A stretch of 64,000 nucleotides of DNA from an uncultured delta proteobacterium (GCA_963766715.1 CAVYBH010000008.1:224001-288000), one strand, 5' to 3'. Counted from the first letter of the stretch, positions 21,500 to 34,445 are shown. Notes: generated by a model from the sequence alone, not told the origin. Made by a program: numbers and translations.

Positions 21500-22242
21500 G
21501 CGCCCCGGGAACGCCGCTGCTCGAGGTGAAGGGGCTCCACGTCTCGTACGGCCACGTCCACGCCGTGCGCGACCTCTCGCTCCGGGTGGACGCCGGCCAG
21601 GTGGTCACCCTGATCGGCCCGAACGGCGCGGGCAAGACCAGCACGCTGGCGGCGGTGGCCGGCCTGCTCCGGCCGGAGCGGGGCCAGGTGCTGCTCGAGG
21701 GCCGGGACGTGACCGGGCTGCCGGCCCACCGCGCGGTCGCCGAGGGCATCGTGCTCGTGCCCGAGGGGCGCTGCATCCTGGCCCGCATGAGCATCGAGGA
21801 GAACCTCCTCATCGCCGCCGAGGCCCGCACCCCGCGCCCGCCCGGCGCGGAGCTCCGCCGGCGCATCGACGCGCAGTACGAGCGCTTCCCGGTCCTGGGC
21901 GAGCGGCGCAAGCTGGCCGCCGGCTCCCTCTCCGGCGGCGAGCAGCAGATGCTGGCCTTCGCGCGGGCGCTGCTCATGCGACCGCGCATCCTGCTGCTCG
22001 ACGAGCCGTCGATGGGGCTGGCCCCGCTGCTGGTGGCCCGCATCTTCGAGCTGGTCGAGGCCATCCACAGGGAGGGCGCGACCGTGCTGCTCGTCGAGCA
22101 GAACGCCCGGCTCGCGCTCCAGGTCTCGGATCACGCCTACGTGCTCGAGCGCGGCAACATCGTGCTCGAGGGGCCGTCCCGGGACCTGGCGGCCGATCCC
22201 CGGGTGCGCGCGGCCTACCTGGGCGGCGACGTCTCGACCTGA
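21496..22242 (+). CDS. livF: Branched-chain amino acid ABC ATP-binding protein
   Basis: GPNGAGKTS, VPEGR, LSGGEQQML, LLDEPSMGLAP, VEQNA. Confidence 0.9.
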   Translation: MSAPGTPLLEVKGLHVSYGHVHAVRDLSLRVDAGQVVTLIGPNGAGKTSTLAAVAGLLRPERGQVLLEGRDVTGLPAHRAVAEGIVLVPEGRCILARMSIEENLLIAAEARTPRPPGAELRRRIDAQYERFPVLGERRKLAAGSLSGGEQQMLAFARALLMRPRILLLDEPSMGLAPLLVARIFELVEAIHREGATVLLVEQNARLALQVSDHAYVLERGNIVLEGPSRDLAADPRVRAAYLGGDVST

Positions 22243-22287
22243 TCCCGGCCAGGCGTCCTGCCCACGGGAGGCCGTTCCGTCGCTCCG

Positions 22288-23397
22288 CTACTTGGCCTCG
22301 CGCTCGGCGGAGATGCGCTCGGCCTCGGCCACCAGCGCCTCCTCGAGGTCCTCGGCCTTCATCCGCTTCACGATCTTGCCGCTCTTGAAGAGCAGGCCCA
22401 CGCCGCCGTGCCCGTAGGCCACGCCCACGTCGGCGGCGGCCGCCTCGCCCGGGCCGTTCACCTCGCACCCCATCACGGCGACGTTCACCTCGCCCTTCAG
22501 CTTGGAGAGGCGCTGCTCGACCCGCTCGGCGATGGGGATCATGGCGACCGAGCAGCGGCCGCAGGTGGGGCAGGCCGTGAGCGTGGCCCCGCCGAACTTG
22601 AGGCCGAGCGCCTTGAGCAGGCTGCGTCCGACCTTGACCTCCTCGACCGGGTCGGCGGCCAGGGACACGCGGAGCGTGTCGCCGATGCCCGCGGCCAGCA
22701 GGATGGCCAGCCCGGCGGCGCTCTTGATGGTCCCGGTCATGAGCGTGCCGGCCTCGGTGATGCCGAGGTGGAGCGGGTAGTCGAAGCGCTGCGAGAAGAG
22801 CCGGTTGGCCGCCACCGTCATGCCGATGTCGTGGGCCTTCAGGGAGACCTTGATCTCCTGGTAGCCCTCGTCCTCGAGCAGGCGGATGTGGCGCTCGGCG
22901 CTCTCCACCATCCCCTCGGCGGTGGGCCAGCCGTGCTTCGCGACGATGTCCTCCTCCAGCGATCCGGCGTTCACGCCGATGCGGATGGGGACCTTGCGGT
23001 CGCGGGCGGCCTTGACCACCTCGCGCACGCGCGACGGGTTCCCGATGTTGCCGGGGTTGAGGCGGACGCAGTGGATCCCGGCCTCGAGGGCCGCCAGCGC
23101 CAGGCGATAGTCGAAGTGGATGTCGCTGACGAGCGGCACCGGGGAGCCGCGGACGATCTCGGCGAGCGCGGCGGCGGCTTCCGCGTCGGGGACGGCGACC
23201 CGAACCAGGTCCGCCCCCTCGGCCGCCAGCGCCCGGATCTGGGCCAGCGTGGAGGCGGCGTCGGCGGTCTGGGTGGTGGTCATGGACTGCACCGCCACCG
23301 GCGCCCCGTCGCCAATGGGGACGGGACCGACGTGGATGCGCCGCGTCTTCCTTCGCTCCGCGATGGCGGAGATGTCTCCGTGGTCGTATGCGCCCAT
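22288..23397 (-). CDS. ispG: (E)-4-hydroxy-3-methylbut-2-enyl-diphosphate synthase
   Basis: VQSMTTT, DIHFDY, RLNPGNIG, RIGVNAGSL, LHLGITEAG, CPTCGR, VMGCEVNGPGEA. Confidence 0.97.
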   Translation of the reverse strand: MGAYDHGDISAIAERRKTRRIHVGPVPIGDGAPVAVQSMTTTQTADAASTLAQIRALAAEGADLVRVAVPDAEAAAALAEIVRGSPVPLVSDIHFDYRLALAALEAGIHCVRLNPGNIGNPSRVREVVKAARDRKVPIRIGVNAGSLEEDIVAKHGWPTAEGMVESAERHIRLLEDEGYQEIKVSLKAHDIGMTVAANRLFSQRFDYPLHLGITEAGTLMTGTIKSAAGLAILLAAGIGDTLRVSLAADPVEEVKVGRSLLKALGLKFGGATLTACPTCGRCSVAMIPIAERVEQRLSKLKGEVNVAVMGCEVNGPGEAAAADVGVAYGHGGVGLLFKSGKIVKRMKAEDLEEALVAEAERISAEREAK

Positions 23398-23458
23398 GAG
23401 GAAAGCCCGGCCCACCCCTTCTTAGCGGGGCGGAGCCGGGCTCGCCAATCCGAGTCGC

Positions 23459-24520
23459 CTACTTCTGGGCCAGCTCGACGTCGATGATCTCCTTGAAGGC
23501 ATCGAACGGCTGGGCGCCGTTGATCATGATGCCGTTCACGAAGAACGCCGGGGTGCCGTTGATGCCGAGCTCGTTGCCGGCCTTCTTCCCTTCCTCGACC
23601 AGCGCGGCGGTGGCGCCGGAGTCGAGGCACTTGTCGAACTTGGCCTGGTCGAGCTTCAGGTCCTTGGCGTAGCCCTTCAGCGCCGGGACCTCGAGGGCGC
23701 GCTGGTTGGCGAAGAGCTTGGCGTGCATCTCCCAGTACTTGCCCTGCTCGCCGGCGCAGTGCGCGGCCTCGGCGGCCTTGGGCGCGTGGGTGTGGTTGGG
23801 CAGCGGCAGGTCGCGGTAGACGACCCGGATCTTGTCCCCGTAGACGCGGACCACCTCGGAGACGGTCTCCTCGGCGCGGCTGCAGTAGGGGCACTCGAAG
23901 TCGGAGAACTCGACGATGGTGACGGGCGCGTTGGCCGGGCCGCGCGACGGGCCCTTCGCCTCGACGGCCTGGCGGGGCGGCCGGTAGGCGGGGAGGAGGA
24001 TCTCCACCTTGGCCTCGGTCTTCAGCTTGTCGTAGTAGGCCTGGGCGGCTGCCTGGGCCTTCTGCTGCTGGATGAAGCGGACGATGGTCTCCTTCACCTG
24101 GGCGATGGGCGGCAGGTCGCGGCCCTGGGCCTTGGCGGCGTCGTAGACCTGCTGGATCTCGGCGTCGCTGGGCAGCGGGAGCTTGTCGAGGACCTCGGCC
24201 TTCACGTAGTCCTCGGGCGTCTTGCCGGCGGCCTTGGCCTTGGCCTCGACGATCTTCTTCATGATCATGGAGTCGAGGGCCTGGCGCTTCATCTGGTACA
24301 GCTGCTCCTGGTACTGCTGGTCGAGCTTCTTGAACTCGCCCTTGCCGAACTCCTCGAGGTCCTTGGCGGAGATGACCTCGGCGCCGATCTTGGCGACGGG
24401 CGCGTTGGGGTCGGCGGCCGGGGCGGCGGCGGACTTGGCCTGGGTGGTGGACGGCGAGGTGCAGGCCAGCGCGCCGAGGGCGGCGACGACCGCGAGGAAG
24501 TGGCGGGGCGAGAACGGCAT
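23459..24520 (-). CDS. DsbA-family thioredoxin-fold lipoprotein with SurA-like N-terminal region
   Basis: Lipobox ALAC; VEFSDFECPYC; GINGTPAFFVNG; GAQP. Confidence 0.9.
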   Translation of the reverse strand: MPFSPRHFLAVVAALGALACTSPSTTQAKSAAAPAADPNAPVAKIGAEVISAKDLEEFGKGEFKKLDQQYQEQLYQMKRQALDSMIMKKIVEAKAKAAGKTPEDYVKAEVLDKLPLPSDAEIQQVYDAAKAQGRDLPPIAQVKETIVRFIQQQKAQAAAQAYYDKLKTEAKVEILLPAYRPPRQAVEAKGPSRGPANAPVTIVEFSDFECPYCSRAEETVSEVVRVYGDKIRVVYRDLPLPNHTHAPKAAEAAHCAGEQGKYWEMHAKLFANQRALEVPALKGYAKDLKLDQAKFDKCLDSGATAALVEEGKKAGNELGINGTPAFFVNGIMINGAQPFDAFKEIIDVELAQK

Positions 24521-24667
24521 TGGACTCCCGGTTGCTGGGGGTTGGAAGGCGGGGATTGTTCTCGACAACCACCCACCGGTCAACGGCATTCCCTCCCATG
24601 GGTCGGGGCCCTTGCGGGGCGCCCGGACGGCTGGCGGGGTGGTATCCTTCGCCGCCGGAGAGGAACC

Positions 24668-25450
24668 ATGTCCCACGACGTCTGGAAACCGGAGCTCTAC
24701 GCCCGATTCCGCGCCGAGCGTTCCCGCCCCTTCTTCGACCTCCTCGCGATGGTCCGCCCCGTCCCGGGCATGCGGGTGGTCGACCTGGGTTGCGGCACCG
24801 GCGAGCTGACGGGCGAGGCCCACCGGCGGCTGCGGGCCCGATCCACGCTGGGTGTCGACTCCTCGCCGGCCATGCTCGAGAAGGCGGCGCCGCTCGCCGG
24901 GGATGGGCTCACCTTCGCGACGGGCGACATCGGTCGCCTCGACGCACCCGCCGGCGGCTACGACCTCGTCCTCTCCAACGCCGCGCTGCACTGGCTTCCC
25001 GATCACCCCGTGCTCCTGGGGCGGCTGGCCCGGCTGGTGGCTCCGGGCGGGCAGCTCGCCGTCCAGGTCCCGGCCAACCAGACCCACGCCTCCCATCGGC
25101 TCGCGAACGAGCTCGCCCGGGAGGAGCCCTTCGCGTCGGCGCTCCAGGGCTACGTCCGGCACCGCTCCGTGCTCACCCCGGTCGAGTACGCGCTCCTGCT
25201 GCGGCGGCTCGGGTTCGCGGAGCAGGAGGTCCGGCTCCAGGTCTACGTCCACGAGCTCTCCGAGCCCGCCGACGTGGTGGAGTGGTGCCGGGGAACCCTG
25301 CTCACGGACTACGAGAAGCGGCTGCCGGCCGACCTCTGGCCGCGCTACCTCGACGCGTACCGCGAACGGATCATCCGGACCATCCCGGACGAGCGCCCGT
25401 ACGCCTACACGTACCAGCGCATCCTGTTCTGGGCGCAGCGTTCCGGGTAG
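24668..25450 (+). CDS. tam: Trans-aconitate 2-methyltransferase-like SAM-dependent methyltransferase
   Basis: W.PELY.RF.AERSRPFFDLL, VVDLGCGTG, SNAALHW, GQLAVQVP. Confidence 0.8.
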   Translation: MSHDVWKPELYARFRAERSRPFFDLLAMVRPVPGMRVVDLGCGTGELTGEAHRRLRARSTLGVDSSPAMLEKAAPLAGDGLTFATGDIGRLDAPAGGYDLVLSNAALHWLPDHPVLLGRLARLVAPGGQLAVQVPANQTHASHRLANELAREEPFASALQGYVRHRSVLTPVEYALLLRRLGFAEQEVRLQVYVHELSEPADVVEWCRGTLLTDYEKRLPADLWPRYLDAYRERIIRTIPDERPYAYTYQRILFWAQRSG

Positions 25451-25546
25451 TCGCGGGTGGGATGATCGAACCCGGGGTTCGGCTGCACCCAGGCCGGCGC
25501 CGGAATCGGATCCAGGAATCATCCATGGTTGCCTCTTGGCCCGGCT

Positions 25547-25562
25547 TGGCACGAGCCGCGCA
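25547..25562 (+). promoter_or_regulatory. Candidate sigma54 (-24/-12) promoter
   Basis: TGGCACGAGCCGCGCA has a perfect TGGCACG and GG-N10-GC spacing; the -12 element is GCGCA rather than TTGCA. Confidence 0.5.
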
Positions 25563-25572
25563 GAGATGAATG

Positions 25573-25665
25573 CGTGTGGTGCTGCTGTTTGGCTCCTCCG
25601 AGCCCGAGGCACGGCGAGTTCTCGTCCCCCCCGAGAACCCGAAGTGTCTCGGGCATTTCTCTTTT
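25573..25665 (+). ncRNA. Candidate small RNA (about 90 nt) with C-rich loop and terminator
   Basis: Lies between convergent genes downstream of a sigma54-like motif; hairpin GTTCTCG-TCCCCCC-CGAGAAC; terminal stem CCCGA/TCGGG followed by CATTTCTCTTTT. Confidence 0.45.
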
Positions 25666-25701
25666 GGGGGACGGACGCGGCTTCGGCGCGACTGCCGGAC
25701 G

Positions 25702-26184
25702 CTAGGCCGGCGGAGGCGCTCCGCCCGACGGGCCCGCGAAGGCGAAGAAGGAGCGAAGCTTCTCGCTCGTCTCGCGCAGCCGCGACGACAGCGTCCGGAC
25801 GAACGCCCAGAGCACCGCGTAGGCCAGGTCCTTGTCGAGGAACATGATCCGGTCGAGGTCCTCGCGGCGGATGGCGAGCAGCGCGCAGGCGGTGTGGGCC
25901 ACGGCATCGGCGGACCGCGGCGCGTCGTCGATGGCGGCCATCTCCCCGAAGTAGGTGCCCGGCCCGAGCAGGGTGAGCGCCTCCTCGCCCGCGCCGGGGA
26001 TCTCCTTCGAGATGCGCACCGTGCCGTCCAGGACGACGTACATCTCGTCCCCCGTCGATCCCTCGCGAAAGACCACCTGCCCCCGGGCGAACTCCCTGCG
26101 GGCCGCGATCTCGGACACCTTCCCCAGCTGCTCGGCGGAGAGGGACTCGAAGAGGGGGCACTGCCGCAGCACGGTCGGAAGCAC
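25702..26184 (-). CDS. Standalone cyclic nucleotide-binding domain protein
   Basis: VFREGSTGDEMYVV, YFGEMAAIDDAPRSA phosphate-binding cassette; no HTH domain. Confidence 0.9.
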   Translation of the reverse strand: MLPTVLRQCPLFESLSAEQLGKVSEIAARREFARGQVVFREGSTGDEMYVVLDGTVRISKEIPGAGEEALTLLGPGTYFGEMAAIDDAPRSADAVAHTACALLAIRREDLDRIMFLDKDLAYAVLWAFVRTLSSRLRETSEKLRSFFAFAGPSGGAPPPA

Positions 26185-26224
26185 GGCGGGATGCTAGCAC
26201 GGGCGCGCCGCCCCGAACCTCTCC

Positions 26225-26253
26225 GTGACATCGCGGCTCGAAGGGGCTAGAAT
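26225..26253 (+). promoter_or_regulatory. Sigma70-type promoter of trxB
   Basis: GTGACA-N17-TAGAAT upstream of a GGAG RBS and the ATG at 26285. Confidence 0.55.
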
Positions 26254-26284
26254 CCCCTGGAACCCCCCTCTACGTGGAGAAAAC

Positions 26285-27221
26285 ATGCCCCAGCACGAGA
26301 AGCTGGCCATCATCGGCTCCGGCCCCGCCGGATACACCGCCGCCCTCTACGCGGCGCGCGCCAACCTCTCCCCCGTGCTGTTCGAGGGGATGCAGCCCGG
26401 CGGGCAGCTCACCATCACGACCGAGGTGGAGAACTATCCCGGCTTCGTCGAGGGCGTGATGGGGCCCGAGCTGATGGAGCGGATGAAGGGCCAGGCCGAG
26501 CGCTTCGGGACCCGGTTCATCCCCGGCGAGATCACCCGCGTCGACCTCTCCACGCGGCCGTTCCGGCTCTGGTCGGAGGCGGAGGAGTTCACCGCCCACG
26601 CGATCATCGTCGCCACCGGCGCGTCGGCCAAGTGGCTGGGCATCCCGTCGGAGAAGGCCTACCAGGGCAAGGGCGTGTCGGCCTGCGCCACCTGCGACGG
26701 CTTCTTCTTCCGGGGCGTCGACGTGGCGGTCGTGGGCGGCGGGGACACCGCGCTCGAGGAGGCCACCTTCCTCACCAAGTACGCGACCAAGGTCTACGTC
26801 GTGCACCGGCGCTCCGAGCTGCGCGCCTCCAAGGTGATGCAGGAGCGTGCGCGGAAGAATCCCGAAGATCGAGTTCGTGTGGAACCAGGGCGTCGACGAG
26901 GTCCTCGGCGACGGGAAGGCGGTCACGGGGCTGCGGCTCAAGAGCACCAAGGACGGCGGCACCCGGATCCTCCCCGTCCAGGGCTTCTTCCTCGCCATCG
27001 GCCACGAGCCCAACACCGGCGTGTTCAAGGGCCAGCTGGAGATGAACGAGGTGGGCTACCTGAACGTGAAGTCGCCCACCACGCGGACCAGCCAGGACGG
27101 GATCTTCGCCGCCGGCGACGTCGCCGACCCGAACTACCGCCAGGCGGTCACCGCGGCGGGATCGGGGTGCGCGGCCGCCATCGACGCGGAGCGCTGGCTG
27201 GGCGAGCAGGGCATCCACTGA
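26285..27221 (+). CDS. trxB: Thioredoxin-disulfide reductase (frameshift near 26858)
   Basis: [45 protein letters not shown]. Confidence 0.95.
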
Positions 27222-27250
27222 CCCACACACCGGGAGCGCGCACCGTGCGG

Positions 27251-27745
27251 ATGATCGACGTCGGGGACAAGCCCCGCACCGAGCGCGTGGCGGTGGCGCG
27301 CGGCCGGATCACCATGTCGCGGGCGACGCTCGGCATCCTGCGGCGAGGGGAGTCGGAGAAGGGGGACGTGGTGGCGGCGGCGCGCCTGGCCGGGATCATG
27401 GCCGCCAAGCGCACGCCCGACCTCGTCCCGCTCTGCCACCCCATCGCGCTCTCCGGCATCGAGGTCGACGTGGCCCCTCGCGCCGGCGGCGTGGAGGTGC
27501 TCGCCACCGTGCGCACCGTGGACCGCACCGGCGTGGAGATGGAGGCGCTGGCCGCCGTCGCCGCCGCCTGCCTGACCGTCTACGACATGCTGAAGCGCTA
27601 CGAGCGCGGCATGCGCATCGAGTCGATCGAGCTCACCGAGAAGGCCGGCGGCCGGACCGGGCGATGGGTGCGCAAGCGCCCCGGACCTCGTCCGGCCCGA
27701 TCCCCAGCGCCGCGAGCGCGTTCCGCCCGCACACGCGGCGGATGA
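27251..27745 (+). CDS. moaC: Cyclic pyranopterin monophosphate synthase (start may be upstream, at 27218 or 27245)
   Basis: [46 protein letters not shown]. Confidence 0.92.
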   Translation: MIDVGDKPRTERVAVARGRITMSRATLGILRRGESEKGDVVAAARLAGIMAAKRTPDLVPLCHPIALSGIEVDVAPRAGGVEVLATVRTVDRTGVEMEALAAVAAACLTVYDMLKRYERGMRIESIELTEKAGGRTGRWVRKRPGPRPARSPAPRARSARTRGG

Positions 27746-28461
27746 CGGCGTCGGAGAGGCCGAGCCGCGACATCCGGTCGGCGGCGCGCGGGATGGCGAG
27801 CAGGTCGCCGAGCCCGTCGCCGGCGTGGGAGGCCAGCGAGATGCCCTCCGGCCCCAGCTCCCGGACGGTCTGCGCCGCGACATCGACTGCGCGTGAACCG
27901 GCGGCGAGCGAGAGCACCGCGCCGTAGCCCACCGCGCGCAGGAGCCGGACCGATCGGGCGTCGACCACGTCGACGAGGACCCGGCCCGGGTCCAGCGCCG
28001 CTCTCCCGGAGGATGGCGAGCGCCCGGCGCGTGCCCCGGAGCGGCTCCCGGGGCGGCGTGGCGACGAGCACCGGCCGGCGCAGCAGGACGGCCATCTCCA
28101 GCTGGCGGCGGAGCACCTCCTCCTCCCGCGGCGTGCCGCTCCCGAGGGCGAACGGCCCGATGGCGGCCACGCCCCGCTGCGACAGGAAGTCGGGCAGCTC
28201 GGCGAGCAGGGCCTCCAGGCCGCGCGACGGGATGCGCGCCGGAGGGACCGCCAGCGCGGCGAAGGCGCCCAGCCCGGCCCGGCGCAGCGACCGCACCGTG
28301 CGCCCGGCGAGGTCGCCCCAGTCCCGGCGCAGGAGCGGCGCGGTGACGGGCGTGCCCTCCTCCGGGAGCGGACAGAGCGCTCCCTCGACCCCGAAGAAGC
28401 GCAGGTCGGCGGCGTCGCGCGGCCGGAGCGACCCGGCGTGCAGGGAGGCGTCGAAGAACAC
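27633..28461 (-). CDS. TatD-related amidohydrolase-fold protein, degenerate (frameshift near 27990)
   Basis: MFFDASLH, RQLEMA.....PVLV.TP and C-terminal RVCGRNA resemble TatD-like proteins. Confidence 0.6.
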
Positions 28462-28497
28462 CCCGCGAGGGTAGCACCCGCGGCGGGCGAACGCGGG

Positions 28498-30163
28498 TCA
28501 CTGCCCGGCGGCGCGCCCCTCTCCCCGGGGCTCGCTCGCCCCCTCCCTCCAGCCCGTGGCGGGGTCGACGCGGACGGCCTGGGGATTCCCGAACGGGCCG
28601 GGGATCTCCTCCACGCGGTGGCCGCGGGCCTCGAGCGCCTTGCGGGTGGCGTCCTGCAGGGCGCCCGGCTCGGCCACGATCACGTCCGGCATCCACTGAT
28701 GGTGAATCCTGGGCGTGCCCACGGCCTGGTCGAGCGGCTGCCCGGCGTCGAGCACGCGCAGGACGGTCCAGGCGACCGTGGACGGGATCGTCGAGCCGCC
28801 CGGGGAGCCGACGGCGAGCAGCAGCCGGCCGTCCGGCCCGAAGACGAGGGTGGGCGCCATCGACGAGAGGGGGCGCTTCCCGGGAGCGGGCAGGTTGGCC
28901 TGGCCGCCCTGGAGCCCGAAGGCGTTCCGGGCGCCCGGAGCGGCGTCGAAGTCGTCCATCTCGTCGTTGAGGAGGATCCCCGTCCCCGGCACGACCACGC
29001 CCGAGCCGAACTGGAGGTTCACGGTGGTGGTCAGCGCCACGGCGTTCCCCTCCGCGTCCACCACCGAGACGTGGGAGGTGTGCCCGGCGGGCGCGGCGGG
29101 TCCGGGCAGCCCGGACGGCGTCGCGCGCTCCTGGATCCGGGCCCGGACCTGGGTGGCGAAGCCCGGCGACGCCATCTCCCGGGCCACCTCGTCGGCGCCG
29201 CGCGCGAAGTCGGGGTCGCCGAGCCCGGCGGAGCGCCGCTCGAAGAGGACCTTCTCCGCCTCGACGAAGGCGTGGAGGAATCGCTCCCGCGCGGGACCGA
29301 CACCGGCCGGGTCCTCGGCCTCGAGCGCCTGCAGCAGGCCGAGGACGATGGCGCCGCCGGCGGACGGCGGGGGGAACCCGGCCACCCGGTGGCCCCGGTA
29401 GCTCCCCCACAGGACCTCGCGCTCCCGGGTCCGGTAGGCGGCGAGATCGGCCGCGGTCAGGATGCCGCCGCGCGCGCGCACCGCCGCGGCGATGCGGTCG
29501 GCGAGCGGCCCGCGGTAGAAGGCCTCGGGGTCGCGCCCCAGGTGGCGCAGCGTGGCGGCCAGGTCCTTCTGGACGAGGCGCCAGCCGGGCCCGGGAGCCG
29601 CGGGCGCGCCCTGGGCGGCGGAGAGGAAGATCCGGGCCGCGGCGGGGTCCTCCCGGAGGCAGCCCTCGGCGGCGGCCGCGCCGCGCAGGTAGTGGCGCCC
29701 CACCACGACCCCTTCCCGGGCCAGCTTCACCGCGGGCTCCACGAGGGAGGAGAGCTTGCGCCGGCCGAAGCGGCGGGCGATCTCGGCGTATCCCTTCACG
29801 GCGCCGGGGACGGCCACGGCGAGCCCGCCGCACCGGGAGGCGCGCGGGTCCGGCTTGCCGTCGCGGAGGAACATGTCGCCCGTCGCCGCCGCGGCGCCCG
29901 TCTCGCGGAAGTCGATGGCGTAGACCCGGTCCTCCCGGGCCACGTACACGAGCGCCAGCCCCCCTCCCCCGATTCCCGAGCTCTGCGGGCTCCACGACCC
30001 CCAGGGCGAAGGCAGCGGCCACGGCCGCGTCCGCCGCGTTCCCGCCCGCCCGCAGCACCGCGGCACCCGCCTCGCTGGCGGCGGGGTGGGCGGTCGCCAC
30101 GGCTCCCTGCGGCGAGACGGCGACGTGGGCGACGAGGAGGGGGAGGAGGAGGGACGGGGCCAT
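28498..30163 (-). CDS. ggt: Gamma-glutamyltransferase (frameshift near 29985)
   Basis: GGNAADAAVA, SGIGGGG, IDFRE, HTSHVSVVD (catalytic Thr), LNDEMDDF, KRPLSSMAP, GSPGG. Confidence 0.93.
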
Positions 30164-30262
30164 GGCCTCATGGGTAGCACGACCGGCCCGGACGCCCCCG
30201 CAGGGCGCGCCCCACGACGGCGGTTCTTGCTTCCGGTCGGCCGCGGACCTAGCCTCCCGTCC

Positions 30263-31693
<1,431 letters not shown>

Positions 31694-31696
31694 GCC

Positions 31697-33533
<1,837 letters not shown>

Positions 33534-33557
33534 GCCGGGAGGCGGAGGTCACTCGAC

Positions 33558-34160
33558 GTGGACCTTCGGCTCTTCGTCGCCCTCGTCCCTCCCGAGCCGG
33601 TGCGGCGGGAGCTGGTCGCCTGGCAGGCCGACCTCCGCCGCCGCGCGGGGCAGCGGGCCGACGACCTTCGCTTCACGCCGGCCGACCGGCTCCACGTCAC
33701 GCTCCGGTTCCTCGGCGCGGTCCCCGAGGAGCGCGTGCCCGCCATCGGCGAGGCGGTGGCCGCGGCGGCGGCCCGGTCGCGGCCGCTCCTCCTCGAGGTG
33801 GCGGGAGCCGGCGGCTTCCCGAACGCGCGGCGCCCGCGCGTGGTGTGGCGGGGCGTGCGGGACGACGCGGGCGGGCTCGCCGCCCTGGCGGCGGACCTGG
33901 GGCGGAGGCTCGAGCCGCTGGGGTTCCCGGCGGAGGAGCGCCCGCTCGTGCCTCACTTCACCGTGGGTCGATCGCGCGGGGCGCACGGCGCGCCGGGGTT
34001 GTGCGAGGCCATCGCCGGCGCCTCCTCCGCGGCGGCCGTCCCGTGGCGTGCGACGGAGGTCTGCCTCTTCCGCTCCCACCTCGGGCGGGCGGGGGCGCGC
34101 CACGAGGTCCTGGCCCGGTTCCCGCTCGGTCGGGCCGGAGGCGACGAGGGAGCGAAATAG
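33558..34160 (+). CDS. thpR: RNA 2',3'-cyclic phosphodiesterase (2H family)
   Basis: RLFVAL; two HxT motifs ([15 protein letters not shown]); RPRVVW. Confidence 0.9.
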   Translation: MDLRLFVALVPPEPVRRELVAWQADLRRRAGQRADDLRFTPADRLHVTLRFLGAVPEERVPAIGEAVAAAAARSRPLLLEVAGAGGFPNARRPRVVWRGVRDDAGGLAALAADLGRRLEPLGFPAEERPLVPHFTVGRSRGAHGAPGLCEAIAGASSAAAVPWRATEVCLFRSHLGRAGARHEVLARFPLGRAGGDEGAK

Positions 34161-34178
34161 GCGGGCGACCTCTCCGTA
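34153..34178 (+). promoter_or_regulatory. ECF-sigma-type promoter, copy 1
   Basis: CGAAAT-N16-CGTA, resembling the TGAAAC-N16-CGTA ECF (SigW-like) consensus. Confidence 0.55.
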
Positions 34179-34202
34179 GGTGGATGCACAAGGAGAAACG
34201 CC

Positions 34203-34277
34203 ATGAGAAACCTCGCCGTCGTCGCCTTCGCCCTCGCCCTGCAGATCGGCTTCCTCGTCCAGATCGCGTCGCTGTAG
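34203..34277 (+). CDS. 24-aa hydrophobic microprotein, copy 1 ([24 protein letters not shown])
   Basis: AAGGAG RBS 7 nt upstream of the ATG; GC3-rich codons; single TM-length helix; duplicated. Confidence 0.75.
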   Translation: MRNLAVVAFALALQIGFLVQIASL

Positions 34278-34320
34278 GGGACCCGTCCGCCGCCTGGCCC
34301 GCTTCGGCGGGAACGCGGGC

Positions 34321-34346
34321 TGAAATAGGCGGACGACCTCCCCGTA
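34321..34346 (+). promoter_or_regulatory. ECF-sigma-type promoter, copy 2
   Basis: TGAAAT-N16-CGTA; differences from copy 1 fall in the spacer and the first base. Confidence 0.55.
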
Positions 34347-34370
34347 GGTGGATGCACAAGGAGAAACGCC

Positions 34371-34445
34371 ATGAGAAACCTCGCCGTCGTCGCCTTCGCC
34401 CTCGCCCTGCAGATCGGCTTCCTCGTCCAGATCGCCGCGCTCTAG
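34371..34445 (+). CDS. 24-aa hydrophobic microprotein, copy 2 ([24 protein letters not shown])
   Basis: AAGGAG RBS; stop codon overlaps the convergent exonuclease stop (CTAG). Confidence 0.75.
   Translation: MRNLAVVAFALALQIGFLVQIAAL

Larger units (their letters stand above)
34154..34445 (+). repeat. Tandem direct repeat, 2 x 124 bp (34154-34277 and 34322-34445), period 168
   Basis: Manual alignment gives 119/124 identical positions; each unit contains a promoter-like motif, an RBS and a small ORF. Confidence 0.95.

Noticed and set aside
25451..25701. SRP RNA, 6S RNA, riboswitch or retron msr-msd
   Set aside because: No diagnostic conserved motifs recognised and no reverse transcriptase in the window; kept only as a generic sRNA candidate
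25570..26250. ORF MRVVLLFGS... as a real gene or attenuator leader peptide
   Set aside because: It runs through a terminator-like hairpin and antisense across the cNMP gene, has no convincing RBS, and has no downstream co-oriented operon to attenuate
34154..34445. Direct repeat interpreted as a CRISPR array or IS ends
   Set aside because: Only two 124-bp units, each protein-coding; no spacer series, cas gene, transposase or terminal inverted repeats
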